A stretch of DNA of 64,000 nt from Utricularia gibba. Its lineage: Eukaryota > Plantae > Magnoliophyta. Under the pieces are notes generated by a model. That model did no database searches, had not been told where the DNA came from, and saw nothing but the letters and a program-made list of their open reading frames with translations. The position numbers were made by a program, and so were the translations under genes. Where the stretch lies: contig NEEC01000008.1 of NCBI GenBank assembly GCA_002189035.1, positions 1,178,001 to 1,242,000 of the forward strand, in the 5' to 3' direction. Position 1 is the first letter of the stretch. The number at the start of each line of letters is the position of its first letter. Of the stretch, positions 39,308-51,974 are shown piece by piece.

Positions 39308-39528
39308 GGAAGCTGTTGTGGAACAAATAATGGGCTGAACCTTCTAAGTGTTTATGGCCACGGTTTGTGTGGCTGAATTTCTGTGTCATGTTCTTTTCTT
39401 TTTTTTTTTCAGTTGAAGGTTTTTCACTCTTGGCAATTCATGATCAGAAATGAAGCATGGAGTTTTTTTATACACGTTTCAGCAATAGACTGCGGATTGC
39501 AAATAGAGGAAGAGGAAACAACAGGCAA

Positions 39529-40480
39529 TCATCTCCAGTGAAGACTAGCACAGTCCCATTCTCTGAGTTCCTCCGGCGATGGCGGCCGCCGGACTTCAGG
39601 GAGCTGACCACATACTGGCGCTTCATGACAGAGGGTCACAACAGAGGCCCTTTCCAAACTCGAATCAGGACACCTGACACAACGTATTAGAATGGCAGCA
39701 TCCAAAAGAACCCTTTACCTTGAAAGTTCATTGAAATAAGGCGAGGGTGTGTGGGTAGGGCACCTTGAGCATGAAAAGAAGACAAACACGAAGGACATTA
39801 TCACCATGAAGATGTGAACTAAACGATAAAAGAAAAAGATGACTGATGCAAGCAGAGAATGAAAAGCTTGATTTTCAACTGTAAACAGAAGCAACCTGCA
39901 GAAGTTCCCAGTTCTGCCATGTCAAAACAATGATTTCTGAAACCATTATCTCCCTCGGAACTATCAGATAGGTCAAGCAATTCATGCTTCCATACATGAT
40001 AAACTACAGCATCATCCTAAATAAGCTTGTGCACCATCTTCACATTAAAAAGAATCATCAGATTCATTCAAAACATGTTACACGCTATGACTCTGAACGA
40101 TTGGTGGTAAGCATACTCAATTATGCAACCATCAAGAACGACTAAAACAGAGTATACTGCGTCTGTCAGCTCCTTAACTTCGAAGTTTCTTTTTTGAAAT
40201 TTGGGTGATGTTCTAGCCAGTTAAATCAACATAGCGGTGGATAAAAACAAAGTTGAAACTGTGCCTGGAAATTCCAGAAGTGACTACCCAAAAAATTTGC
40301 ATAGCTTCCCATCTGAATAGCCACGATTGAACTCAAACATGGCGGACAAAGTGTACAGCAGTTTAAACTCAAAAGCAAAAAAGCAGTGAGCACATTACCC
40401 TGCGTGAAAGCTATTTCGCCTGGTATATTCCTACTCGGACCTCGCTGAAGCCCTATATGCAACGGAATTTTCAGTGGCAT
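39529..40480 (-). pseudogene. Possible degenerate multi-exon gene of unidentified family
   Basis: Protein-like segments bounded by splice-like signals (WLEHHPNFKK, VYSVLVVLDGCIIEYAYH, CPTHTPSPYFNELS/RCPDSSL...RRPPSPEELREWDCASLHWR*), broken by stops and frame changes. I could not assign a family. Confidence 0.3.
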
Positions 40481-40834
40481 TTTTTTAAAATAAAAAAAAA
40501 AAAGAAAATTGCTTCACCCATGAAATAACAGCAGCTGTTGAAGTAAATGATGTATTGCATTTTTGTCTGTTATATATAACTGGAGGTAGGCGAGATTTTC
40601 TTCTACCTCCGGTGGATTGATTTCCACCCTCCTCTCCATTCCTCTGTTTTCCTCTCGTTTCCCTGTTGCTGTCATTCACCCTTCGCAAAGTTTCACAAAT
40701 CAGGGAAAAGTTTCCGATTTTGGCAAGGATCAGTCATTGCCCTCGATTGTTGAGGCCATCTCCGAAAACCCAAATACCTTTAGCTTTGCATTTTTCCGTT
40801 TTCGGTTTGGATTTGTAATTGAGGTATCAAAGCC

Positions 40835-42403
40835 ATGGATGCTGCCAATTCTTGGGCTGCTCGTCTGTTCTCCGCATCCAAGCGCTACCAATCAGCTCTT
40901 AACTCTCGATCTGGTGCTTTTCTTGTTCACCCCTTTAATTTTTTGTATGGGTGTCTTTCGTAATGATAATTAGGGACTTGTTGTTTTCAAAATGCTTCGT
41001 TTTTACGCAAAAATGTTTCGTTTACAAGACGTTATGAGGAAATTTTGGGCCTTTTCTATGAAAGTTCAGGAAATATGTTTCTTGGTGCTGCGATGGTAGC
41101 TTTTTGAGCTGCACTACCGTTTCCAATCCGTTTTGTATTCCATAATGAAGTTTCAATTTTAAGGATTCTCCCCTATGTATCTGTTATTCGTGTACCTCCC
41201 AGATTTCACCTCTTGTTATTCATTTCTCCCCAAATGCAGGAATCAAAAGGGACGTTTTTGATGCAGATACTTTGATGGGGTTAGAAGATGTTGAAATGGA
41301 TGATGAAATACAGGAGGAGTATCCTTGTCCATTTTGTTCAGAATATTTTGATATTGTGGGACTTTGTTGCCACATCGATGATGAGCATCCCGTGGAAGCT
41401 AACAACGGGGTAATGCTCTGATCATTTTTCACATAAGAGCACTCAAAGATAGTATTGCAGAGTTGGAGTGAATTGATTCTTAGAAAAGTTGCATTCTTCT
41501 CTTCTATATAGCGAGCATATCAAGGGGGTTTCATTTCATTTGTTAAACCGCATACCGAGATGATGATAAGTATCTCGTTTTGGCTGAATCATCTGGAAAT
41601 TATTGACTGAGGAGTTACTAACTTGTTGCATCTTTAAGCCATCTTTGGTTGCTGTTATCCAGTTTTTTTCCCAGTTCCCTTAAAGATGCCAATGAAACAT
41701 TCTGGATTTTCAGGTTTGTCCAATCTGTGCAGTGAGGGTGGCTGTTGACATGGTAGCACATATAACGCTGCAACATGGCAATGCCTTCAAGGTGTCCCTT
41801 CTCTCCTTTTTACTAGGAAGCACTTCGAATGATAAGGTTTCTCTTTGGTAATTGAGATTGCTTCAATCAAAAGCTGTGTTGATTTGACAAGTTCCTTTGC
41901 TGCAATTCCATACAGCGCAAGAGGAAATCACGAAAAGCTAGTGCAAACTCCGCACTCTCCCTATTTAAGCGGGAAATGAGAGAAACGAATTTCAGGTCTC
42001 TCTTTGGAGGGTCTTCACGCACAGTTTCTTCAAGTAGCGCAGCCCCCGACCCCTTGCTATCATCATTTATATGGCCAATGGGTGAAGAGTACGAGGGAGC
42101 TCCATCCAGCTCCGGTGTGGAGTCCGCCAAGAAAACCACCACTGCTGTCATTTCAGACAGGTAAATCACCCTCTCAGTTGTTTAGCTCCCTTGCATCCGA
42201 GCCATCGGTTTCAGTGATGTGTTTTCATTTCCTAGTTGTTTGTTGCATCTTTTACCGTCCATTCCTTCGAATGCCAACTCCCTCTGCGCAGGAAAGTCGA
42301 AAGGCAGCCTCCCTTGTCGGTGAAAGACCAGGAAGAGAAAGCCAAGAGATGCAACTTTGTCCAGGAGCTGCTTCTGTCCACCATGCTCAATGAAAACTTG
42401 TGA
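40835..42403 (+). CDS. DI19: Dehydration-induced 19 (Di19) family zinc-finger protein; exons 40835-40913, 41267-41409, 41714-41791, 41916-42160, 42292-42403
   Basis: SWAARLFSASKRYQSAL, YPCPFCSEYFDIVGLCCHIDDEHP, VCPICAVRV..DMVAHITLQHG, APDPLLSSFI and FVQELLLSTML. Confidence 0.92.
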
Positions 42404-43417
42404 TGCAACTAACGGCCGATGCTCCGCCTCCGGCCCCCCCCTGGCTGACGGCCGCCGTGCCGGAGATGCGGCCGGTGGCTCCCCTGAGCGTAAATAAGCT
42501 GCCTTAGATGTACCTTCGTTCCAACATGTGTGTTCCAGTGTTGGCAGCCTAAAAGCATGATGACCGTACTTGAACTCATGGGTGTCTTTTTCCTGATAAG
42601 AAAAGGCATATGTACTTGTTTTATTTTTACTAGGTTTGTCCGTACATGAAAAATAAATATTAATATATCAGTTAAAATCATTATAACTTTTAATATTAAA
42701 ATTGTTTTCAAACTGATTTTCAATTTTATTATAATTTTAATTGATCCTTTTTAATAATGATTTGAATTGAATTTAACTCATTGTAAAAATATTATAAAAT
42801 TAACTATTTAAATTTTAATATTTATAAATTTTAGAATTCTTTTAATTTATTATATAAATTCTTAAATCAAATTCAAAAAAAATCATGTATTGAATTGAAT
42901 CAGATCTAATCCTAAATTCAATCCATTTTAAAACATTAGGCCAAATGTATTTGTGCTGAAATTTTGGAAAAAATTAGATTTGATCAAATTTTGGATAAAT
43001 TTCAAAGAAAATTTGAGAATATTTAATTTTGTTAAAATTTAAAATATTGGTTATGAGATAAAACAAAGGAATGTGGGCTGATGAAAATAGATTACAAAAT
43101 GAGCTTTAGATGGGCTTTCTATATTTGGGTCTAGAAGGATTGGGCTTTCGGTTACTTAAGCCCAAAAAGTAGTCAAATTGCCGCTTCGCGGCGCCGTTTA
43201 TGATTGAATTAAGTCCAATGGTGGCTTCTTGCTCCTCCTCATTCCGGCGTTTGCGCCGCCGCTTCAACGGTCGGCGGATCTCTTACCCGGCCAATCTTTG
43301 ATCATTGATGATTTTTGTTGTGCTGGATGCCTGTTTAAATGTGAATAGTTCAATGACGGTTTATCTTTGCTTTCTGGGGCTAGATTTAGTCTTCTAGAGG
43401 GGGAGCCGACCGGAATT

Positions 43418-45093
43418 ATGGGTAAGGTGAGCAGAGTTGTGCATTAGGAAGGTGAAAAAGGTTAAAGTTGATAGGAGAATGAAACGGTCGCTCAAAAAGA
43501 GGGTAGGGCAGTACAATTCGGACGAGGACGTGGAGGACGGGAGGAATCTGCAGTCTCCGAGTAAATGTTCTGATGATGAAGATGCTGGTATTCAAACTGA
43601 TACTATGAAATTTACACAAGGAATCAATGCCTTCAGATTAGAATTTAACAAAATTGTTGGGAAGAGTTCCGTTATGGGGGATGTAAAGGCACGCTCTATG
43701 TGTTTCAAGCTTTTTGGTTTGTTTGTGTAATGCATGGTGCTGGTTTTGCGTTAATGACGGTGATCCCGAATTTTTTTTATTCAGATGTAATGAGAAATTC
43801 CTTGTGGAATGTGTTTGGAAAATTAAAGTTAGGAGAGTAAAGCTGTAAACCTTTTTGCAGGGGCCGGTTTTGTCAACTCATCCCAGAAGAAGCTTTTAGC
43901 AGAGAATCTTGGGCAAGAAGCAGCAGAAAAGAAAGCCAAGGGAGAGGCGAAGAAGGAGAAGATATTGGTACTATATGATGCTCAGACTTCAGAGTTGTTT
44001 CACATTTATTTTATTATTAACGTAGAACAACTGCAACTGATTCATTCTTTTGTGTATGATTCATCCGATAAAGTGATATGCAAGAGGTGGCATGTGATGC
44101 CGGAAAACTATATTACTGCGCATGAAAAGTTTAATTTGGGAGTGAGGTGTGGTGTTGTGTTAATTGTCTGAGCCTTTCTCTTCATGCTTAGAGTTTGGAA
44201 ATGACTGATTTCAGTGGAGTTGTTCAATGCTGTTAGTGGCCATTCTATCTAATTTTTTTAGTCAACTTATTGTAGCCCGCATCTCCAATTTTGATACTAG
44301 TTTTCGTTTCATACAGTTAAACAAGGCCCAGAGTGCTCAGAAAGGTTTAGACTTGTTTTCTTTCAAGGCTGTAAGTGGCCATCAAGACTAAAAGACGAAA
44401 ACTTTTACATATCGCCCTGTTTTCAGTTCTTTATTTCGTTGTTTTTGGTGATCACATTCAGTGTCAGGATAATTGTTTGTTTCGAAGTTGTCTTTACCCT
44501 TTTAACTTTAATGGATATTATCCTTCTGGACATGCCAGTATTGAAGAACCCAAGGAAGGAGGCCTTGTTTGTTTCGAAGTTGTCTGTACCCTTTTAACTT
44601 TAATGGATATTATCCTTCTGGACATGCCAGTATTGAAGAACCCAAGGAAGAAGGCCTTGTTTTCAGAGCTTGGAAAGGGGGCCCTCATTGCCTTCTCGGG
44701 CTGATCCTTACTGACTCCCTCCTGCGGGTCAGCATTCCTCGAGACTAACCAAATGTAATACCTTGTCATATTTACAGGTTAGTGCATACAGTGGCTCTGG
44801 TAATGGAGAAACCTCCATCTGGGCACCCCCCCATGCGGGATAACTTCACACCAACAAATCCAAGATTGATTGATTGGGACAAGATACAACCCGGTAAAGT
44901 GTGCCTTCTTCATGTTTTTACATCCAATTTCAGTACATGTATCACTTTTCCACAGGGAAACACCGTTCAGGATGCGTTTGGGGAGCGATCAGATACAGAA
45001 TCCTTAGATGATGGTCATGACTTATTGGGTAACCTCCTCCTCGACAATTTTGTCTTCTTTTTTTGCAAAAAAGTTGGTAAGTCAACCAGTTAA
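43418..45093 (+). pseudogene. RRP15: RRP15-like rRNA-processing gene, probably pseudogenised
   Basis: AFRLEFNKIV, GPVLS.H..KKLLAE, EKKAKGEAKKEK, AHEKF, LFNAV, NKAQSAQKGL, ALFSELGK, WAP..RDN...L.DWDK in order. Several frame discrepancies (near 43430, 43882, 44826) and a duplicated acceptor. Confidence 0.65.
44473..44662 (+). repeat. 92-bp tandem duplication spanning an intron acceptor and exon start
   Basis: Units at 44473-44564 and 44565-44656 differ at 2 positions. TTGTTT microhomology occurs at the unit boundaries. Confidence 0.92.
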
Positions 45094-45203
45094 CACACGT
45101 GGGGCTGCGCAGAATGTGAATGATCCACAGAATTTAAGGCACGTGGTGGAGGACTATAACTACGCTCCCTCCGGCATCCAACAAGGCGTACACACTTGAC
45201 AGG

Positions 45204-45677
45204 ATGAATTCCACGACCCCACGACAGGACTGCTGCGCCGGGTTCCCCGCCGGAGTCACATTCTCCGCCGCGGTCTTCGCCGTCTTCGCTCTCCTCACCT
45301 ACGGCTCCTACAAGTGCCGTCGATCTCTCCCCCAGTCATCACCCGCCGGAGACCCAACTCATGATGACGACGACGATGATGATCGCCCCAGAGGTCTCGA
45401 CGCCAAGGTCCTCCAATCCTACCCCATGTTCAAGTACCAAGAGCTAAAGAGAGACGACAGGACAGGGATGTCGTGCGCCATATGTCTGGCCGATTACAAC
45501 GACGCCGACCCGGTAAGACTGCTGCCCAACTGCGGCCATGTCTTCCACGTCGGGTGCGTCGACGCGTGGCTGGTTCGACACGCCTCGTGTCCCAACTGCC
45601 GGAGCTCGCCGGAGTTCCTTACCCTTGTTCAGGCTCCCCCGGTTGGCCCTCGCCAGATGACGCCGCATGCTCTTTAG
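45204..45677 (+). CDS. ATL-type RING-H2 E3 ligase, intronless (copy 1)
   Basis: N-terminal TM segment, RGLD motif, and CAICLADY...LLPNCGHVFHVGCVDAWL..HASCPNCR. Confidence 0.9.
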   Translation: MNSTTPRQDCCAGFPAGVTFSAAVFAVFALLTYGSYKCRRSLPQSSPAGDPTHDDDDDDDRPRGLDAKVLQSYPMFKYQELKRDDRTGMSCAICLADYNDADPVRLLPNCGHVFHVGCVDAWLVRHASCPNCRSSPEFLTLVQAPPVGPRQMTPHAL

Positions 45678-46872
45678 CCCCGCTCTATCTATTTGCCTCT
45701 CCATAGAGTGTAGGGGTTTGGGGGCCATTGATTCCCATTCCCCCAGTTGCACATTCAATGTTCAACTATCATGCCTCAACTATTTTAATCTTTTAGACTT
45801 TAAATCACTTTTTTTTTATAATCTTTTCTTTTCTCTTTGTTGGTTTCTTTGGATGCCCATAAAGTCAACATGTTCTGCCAATAAGAACCTCGACCTATAT
45901 TCCTCATAATGCGTCTAGATGGTATTTTAATTAATGGAAGTACTTGAATTATTTATATCTAGTTACATACATATAATATGAAAAAACAAAAAGAAGTGAA
46001 ACTTGGCTCATTACGAGAACTAACATAAAATAAGAGCTTTTATCAACATTATTCTAGAATTTATTCAACCATTTTACAAATCATACATGTATTGGGAAAC
46101 GTGTATATCAAACACAGATTGTTTTATAATATAGTAAATAAAATTTATACTCATGTTTATATATATAATATTACTTGATTGATTAATATATGTATGTCAA
46201 CCTATTATATTTACATACTATTTTTTGAGTTTGTGGTTGATGTACATAAATAGAGGGAAGTAAGGGGCAAATTATATTTATACTAATATATTCAAATTTT
46301 TATTTTCAAATATAAAGTATTATATATAATTGACTATATATATACTCAATTATATTATACTTAAACATACTAATACTCTTCCATCAAGCTATATCATATA
46401 ATTATCAATATGTGCATGCTAAAAAACATACACTAAATTTTTGTTTTAGAGATTATCTACTTTCAAATAAATAAATGGTTTTATTATCAAATGCTAACAA
46501 ATTATTTTCTAAAAACTTCAAAAGTATAGAAGTATTTATTATTTTTAATAAGATAAAGAATTTCGATTAGATTTAGAGATTCGACATTGTGATGAATACA
46601 TGATAATTCATTGTTTAAATCATATGTATGTAATTTAAATGATAAATTTGGTGCTTCGCATTTGGGAAATTAATAATCTGATCTACTCCATGGCCTAGAG
46701 AAGGGAAGAGAAGAGAAGAGCTGACTTTGAACGGGTGGCCATGGTGCAGCTTTGTTCTCATTGGCCGGCAGCTCCTGACCACATGATCGCTGTTCCAAGG
46801 CTACTAAAAAGCATGGCAATTGGGGATCCAACGACGGGGGGAGGGGCCATCGTTTTGTTTTGTTCCAACACA

Positions 46873-47319
46873 ATGAGTGCAGACTACGCCGGCGTCGCCC
46901 CCGGACCTGCTCCCACCGCCGGCCTTCCGGACGGCCTCATACTCTGCGCCGCCGCTTTCCTACTCCTCGGTGTTCTCGCTTACACCTCCCATAGGTGCCG
47001 CCGAGACCCTCCCCCGCGGCCGTCCGCCGGAGAGGGGCCCTCTCCGCAGGAGGGTCTCGCCGCCGAGGCCCTTCAGTCCTACCCCATGAAGAAGTACGAG
47101 GAGTTGAGGAGAGACGGCGGCGCGAAGGGAATGGCGTGCGCCATATGCCTCGCCGACTACAACGACATTGATCCGGTGCGGTTGCTGCCCAACTGCGGGC
47201 ATGTGTTCCATGTCAAGTGCGTGGACTCGTGGCTGGTTCTCCACGCCTCTTGTCCCAACTGTCGGAGCTCGGCGGTGTTTCTGTGTCCGGTGGCGGCTCC
47301 CCCCGTCGGCCCTCGATAG
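46873..47319 (+). CDS. ATL-type RING-H2 E3 ligase, intronless (copy 2); start at 46873 preferred
   Basis: TM segment, GLA variant of the GLD motif, CAICLADY...LLPNCGHVFHVKCVDSWL..HASCPNCR, and the APPVGPR tail shared with copy 1. Confidence 0.88.
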   Translation: MSADYAGVAPGPAPTAGLPDGLILCAAAFLLLGVLAYTSHRCRRDPPPRPSAGEGPSPQEGLAAEALQSYPMKKYEELRRDGGAKGMACAICLADYNDIDPVRLLPNCGHVFHVKCVDSWLVLHASCPNCRSSAVFLCPVAAPPVGPR

Positions 47320-48381
47320 CCGCCGCACCGTCTGTCCTGCATTTCGCTGTGTGTGTGTAAATGAGGAAGATCGCCACACAATAAGCAGCAGGTGTAAAAC
47401 GAGCCCACAGTATGTATCATATATTCCCATCCAATCCATTCAATTAAACCATATTTCAATTAGGTTATTTATTATTTAAATTGAATTTGGATTTGAACCG
47501 TACTATTCAACCGTATTTAAACACATGTTCAATTACTTTACAGAAAGACGAATGACGAGGAAAGGAATGGAGGTGAAATAAAAAAATATATTATTTCCAC
47601 CATTTTCAGATATTTGCCAAATTAAGATGATGTTCTATATATCTTTTTTGAATCACTTCTACTTCTATAACTATAAGAATATAAGGGTTAGATTCAAGAA
47701 AGGATGTAAAGATATTATGCAAATTTTATATTAATTACAAATAAAATTGAAGTACAATTTATATACAAATATATCTTTTATCCGGTATGATGTTTTTTTT
47801 TTTTGAAAAAAAATATAAAATGGTGAGAATTAACTACATTAAACGGAAAATATTATAAGTAATTTATAGATCATTATATTTGGTATCCTAAAAATCCTAT
47901 AATTCAATGTTATAAAATCCAATTCAACCCATTATTTTAAAATATTATTGTTTTAAGTTGAATTTATAAATATTTTAAAAGTAAATATAATTATTAAAAA
48001 AAATTCTAATTTTTTATAAACATCATTAATTCTAAAAATCATGAATTCGAATTGATTCTTCAATCTCCAATTTCAAAACAATGCCTTATTTCATTTTTAT
48101 TAAATGTCAATTATTAATTACTTAATTAAGCCGGCTCCGTTGTCTTTTCTTTAATTACTAATAATTATTCAATACCATAATTAATTCAAATGAAAGGAAC
48201 AGCTCAGCTCAGAGGACTTCCCGACACCAGATGGTTCATGTAATCTTTGCTAAAAATTTGTGATTCCACTAAAACAAGAAGACATTGCGGCATTTTCTTT
48301 TTCTGGGTCTTGCGTTCTTCAACAAGATCACAACATGATGATTCACTACAAGGCGTACGGAACCCTCCCCTCCCATCCAGT

Positions 48382-49881
48382 TCAGAGCTTACCTGTCCCA
48401 AGAGGCTGCCTTGATGCATCTCCTGACGCCCAAGCTTGGTAATCCTTCACCAACTACAACATGAAGCAGAGTAAGTGAAGCATGGAGATGACTGATTCAT
48501 GCTGATTTACGGGAATTGTGCAAGAATGTCTCGTTCCCAAACCTCTGCCATGAATCGTGGAAGCATGGCCCTGAGTATTCCCTCTAGCACTTGGGAGCCA
48601 GTTGATTGGATTAGCTTCGCAGGAATGACGCGGAAAGCGAAGGGAACCTCAATGCTGACCTGCTCATGAGGTAAGGGGTCTTATGCAGAAGTTATTCCAC
48701 ATACCCAAATTGGATTCTACCTCAATGGTTGCGTCTGAGGTCAAGGTCTGAAGTGGAGAATCAACTCTTGTTGTATCGAATGATATCCTGTTCTCCATCG
48801 AAGCTGCATTCCCATACCAAATCAGTGTCAAAGGAATCCTGAAAAGTTTATGCAGTACTGTTCAGAATCTGAAATCTAGAGCGGCAGAGGTGTGTGAATG
48901 GATTCAAGGTGATCCTCCTCAAGATTTAAGGAAATGTCTCCAGGAGATCAGAGAACAAAGGCTCCACTCCACAATCATGATATGAAAAGATGGAGTTTGC
49001 CCGTAAGAAAAGATGGACACGAGAGGAAAGGAAAGCTTAACTACCCATGAACTACGTCTGATCCCCTTTCGAGATAAACAGCTAGTTGTTACACAAAAGA
49101 GTACACAACGAGGTATGAAGTTGGAATTTGAGAAAACGAAATTAGGGGAGGATGCTGACCATCAAATTTGTCATTTTGGGCGACCACAATCGGTGAGCCT
49201 TCGAGCTGCAGTTAGCAAAGGAAAACATCCATTCCATTTAGTAATGCTCAGGCAATATAGTGTGCTGTGTGGTCCTGCTGTTGCTACATTTTCTCACACT
49301 ATTCCAAAACAGGAATCCACACATGAAACGAAGAAAACGTACACAACTTCTAGAAGAAAAAGGGAACGAAAAAATGAACAATGTAGAATTGTACCTTACA
49401 GGACAAGAGCTTAATGCAACAGCCATTGGGCTGCTCCTCCACTCTCACCATCAAAACAGGGCAAACTTCAAAAGCAAAGAACTTGAACCTATGTACGAAA
49501 CACCTGAATGTACACTCATCTACTCGCTCAATTCTCTCCGCATCCAACACCGAATACTGACTCGCGGGCAAGCTCATATACTCAGCTGAACAAGAATAAA
49601 CATATCAAGATGCGCCGACATTTCAAAAAAAATTAGATAAAAAAATTAGGGTAAAAATTGTAACCGAGCGGGCGCTGGAGCTGACGGACGGATATTGATT
49701 CAGTTCGGCGGGCAACAAATCGAGCTTTTGGGGAGGAATCAGCAGAGACGGCGGATGACGCGGATATCAACTTGGAGAAGACTAGGCGCCGTTGAGGGAC
49801 CGAAGCGGGGAACGGCGCAAGAGGATCCCTAGTCCTTGCCCTGGGCCTCGACAAACAAGAGGAGCTCAGGGAGGAAGCCAT
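48382..49881 (-). CDS. DUF1997-family protein with a probable chloroplast transit peptide (6 exons)
   Basis: Ser/Arg-rich N-terminus, ARFVARRTESISVRQLQRPL/AEYMSLPASQYSVLDAERIERVD...CCIKLLSCK/LEGSPIVVAQNDKF/ASMENRIS/VSIEVPFAF...MLPRFM/LVKDYQAWASGDASRQPLGTG. Confidence 0.85.
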
Positions 49882-50220
49882 GGATTGCAGATGGATCCGA
49901 ACCAGTCACTGCCGGTTGCCGGGACCCCTTTAGCAGAAAAGCTCTGTTAAATTTTAAAAAGTATTCTAAAAATACAAAATTAAATAAATTACCTTAACAT
50001 CCACCATTATTTTTTTTAAAAAAAAAAACAACGAAAAGATTCGAAATTTAGTCCCGCGCAAGGTATCCTTCAATGTCCAATACTCAAGATCCTTAAAATC
50101 ATCGAATCAAAAGCGCTCATAATTACGTTTTTTTTGGTAATATACACGTAATTTGTAAAACATTTGCATAATTATCATGATTTGAAATATATAGTATAAT
50201 TAGTTTTAATGATTAATCAT

Positions 50221-50442
50221 GGCCCAATCCAGAATTAGAATATGACCCAGCTCAGACGTTTATTGTGGTCCATCCAAGACAGTCAAGATGGCCCAGCATA
50301 GTAGCCTTAGCCCAAACCAGAAACACAAGATGGCCCACTGGGTAATCATGACCGTGCCCAAAAATTCAGGTGGCCCAACCCACACATTTGATATGGACCA
50401 GCCCATAAAGTCAATAACGGCCCAGAAACTATTTGTGGCCCA
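50221..50442. promoter_or_regulatory. Array of same-strand GCCCA (site II / TCP-type) motifs upstream of the DUF1997 gene
   Basis: GCCCA at 50222, 50291, 50310, 50333, 50356, 50373, 50401, 50420 and 50438, plus ACCCA at 50245. Confidence 0.55.
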
Positions 50443-51974
50443 GCTCAGACATTCATTCTAGGTTGCACCAAAATATTTTGCTGCGAGATTCGGAGTGCAT
50501 GTATGCAGCAACATTCGTTGATTTCAGGAATCTGACTTTTAGGGTTCAGTGTCTAATCTTAAAAATATATATATATTATATAAATTAATATGGTCATAAA
50601 TAAAATAAAAGTAATTTATCAAATGCAAAAACTAACATATATTATTACGCATCCCGCGAATCGCGCACGCCAGCAACTTAGCATTTATTACGGCACATGG
50701 AAAATGGAACCCGGATCCTCGGCCCATTTCGTTATTTGGGCCTTCTCGTTGATAAGATCGGGATGACCTGGAATACAGTCCCTTGGGCCCCATCTTCCTG
50801 GACAAGATTGTAATGAAAATGACATCACATCCATCCCTCAATTTAGAAATAAAATAAAATAAAAAACAGATGCAATTCTTTTGCATTCCCTTCTACAACT
50901 CATACCCACAAAACCCTGAGATCCCTGCAAAACAATTCATCCAAAAGCATTGCTATTTTACTATTTATAACCAAATTTTCCTTTTTTTTTGTACTTTTAA
51001 AAGGAGACATGCTGAAGTGGCAATTCCCATAAATACACTTAAAAACAAGATAAGGATGGCTTGCTGACTAGATTCTAGAGTCGTTGATTCCGACAACCCA
51101 TTCTAAAAAAACCTCGCCGCTTGTCAGCATATAATTATTATACACATTATTAAAATTATAATTTTAGATTATTATTAGTCTATATTAATAAAAAATGAAA
51201 TTTTTGAATTAACAATATGGGTGTAATACTTTTTTTGATTCGGTGCGATAGAGTTCACTCCATGTGTTGGTGAGGATGATAATTTAACCGATATATTGGA
51301 AAATTGGTATCCTTATTTAGTGTATGATAAAATTAATCATCGTAAATACAAAAAAAAATTGATTTTAGTGTGAGATATAAAATTACAATTTTAATTTTAT
51401 AAATGTGCGTAATTTAATGGGGTAATTAGATTTACTCGGCGGACATAAGTTGCCACGTGGCTATTTGTGGAAGGATAATAGAGGATTCATCGGCAATTAC
51501 TAACGGATATATGGCAGCAACCCACATATTTTATGTCCATCTTCATCTTGAATCTTCGGCAGTTTGTGTTGCAACTCGAGATTCTGGATCTGGGGAGGGC
51601 TTCCTACTCGGGAAGTCGTGTTTGTTTTGCTTTTTGAAGCTTGATTATTCAGAAGGAAGAATCTTTAGAAAAAGGGGGAGGATCCTGTGGGAGAACCTGC
51701 CATTGTCCCCCGCTTCATCACATCTGCGTAAAGGTAGAAACTGTCTCTCACTTTTCCCGAGAGTTAAAGTGAGATACTGATACCCTATTCGGCTGACGGC
51801 TTTTGTAATTCTGGTTACTCGAGTTAATGGGCCATCTTTGTTCTTATTCTCTAGTGGTTATTCAGTCCTGATTTTTCATGTATAGCAGAGTTTGCAGGCA
51901 TTGTATTAAATATAATCTGTGTTTTGACTGAAGCTGGAACTTGGTGGAACAGAGAGGTCAAGAGTGCCGAGGAA

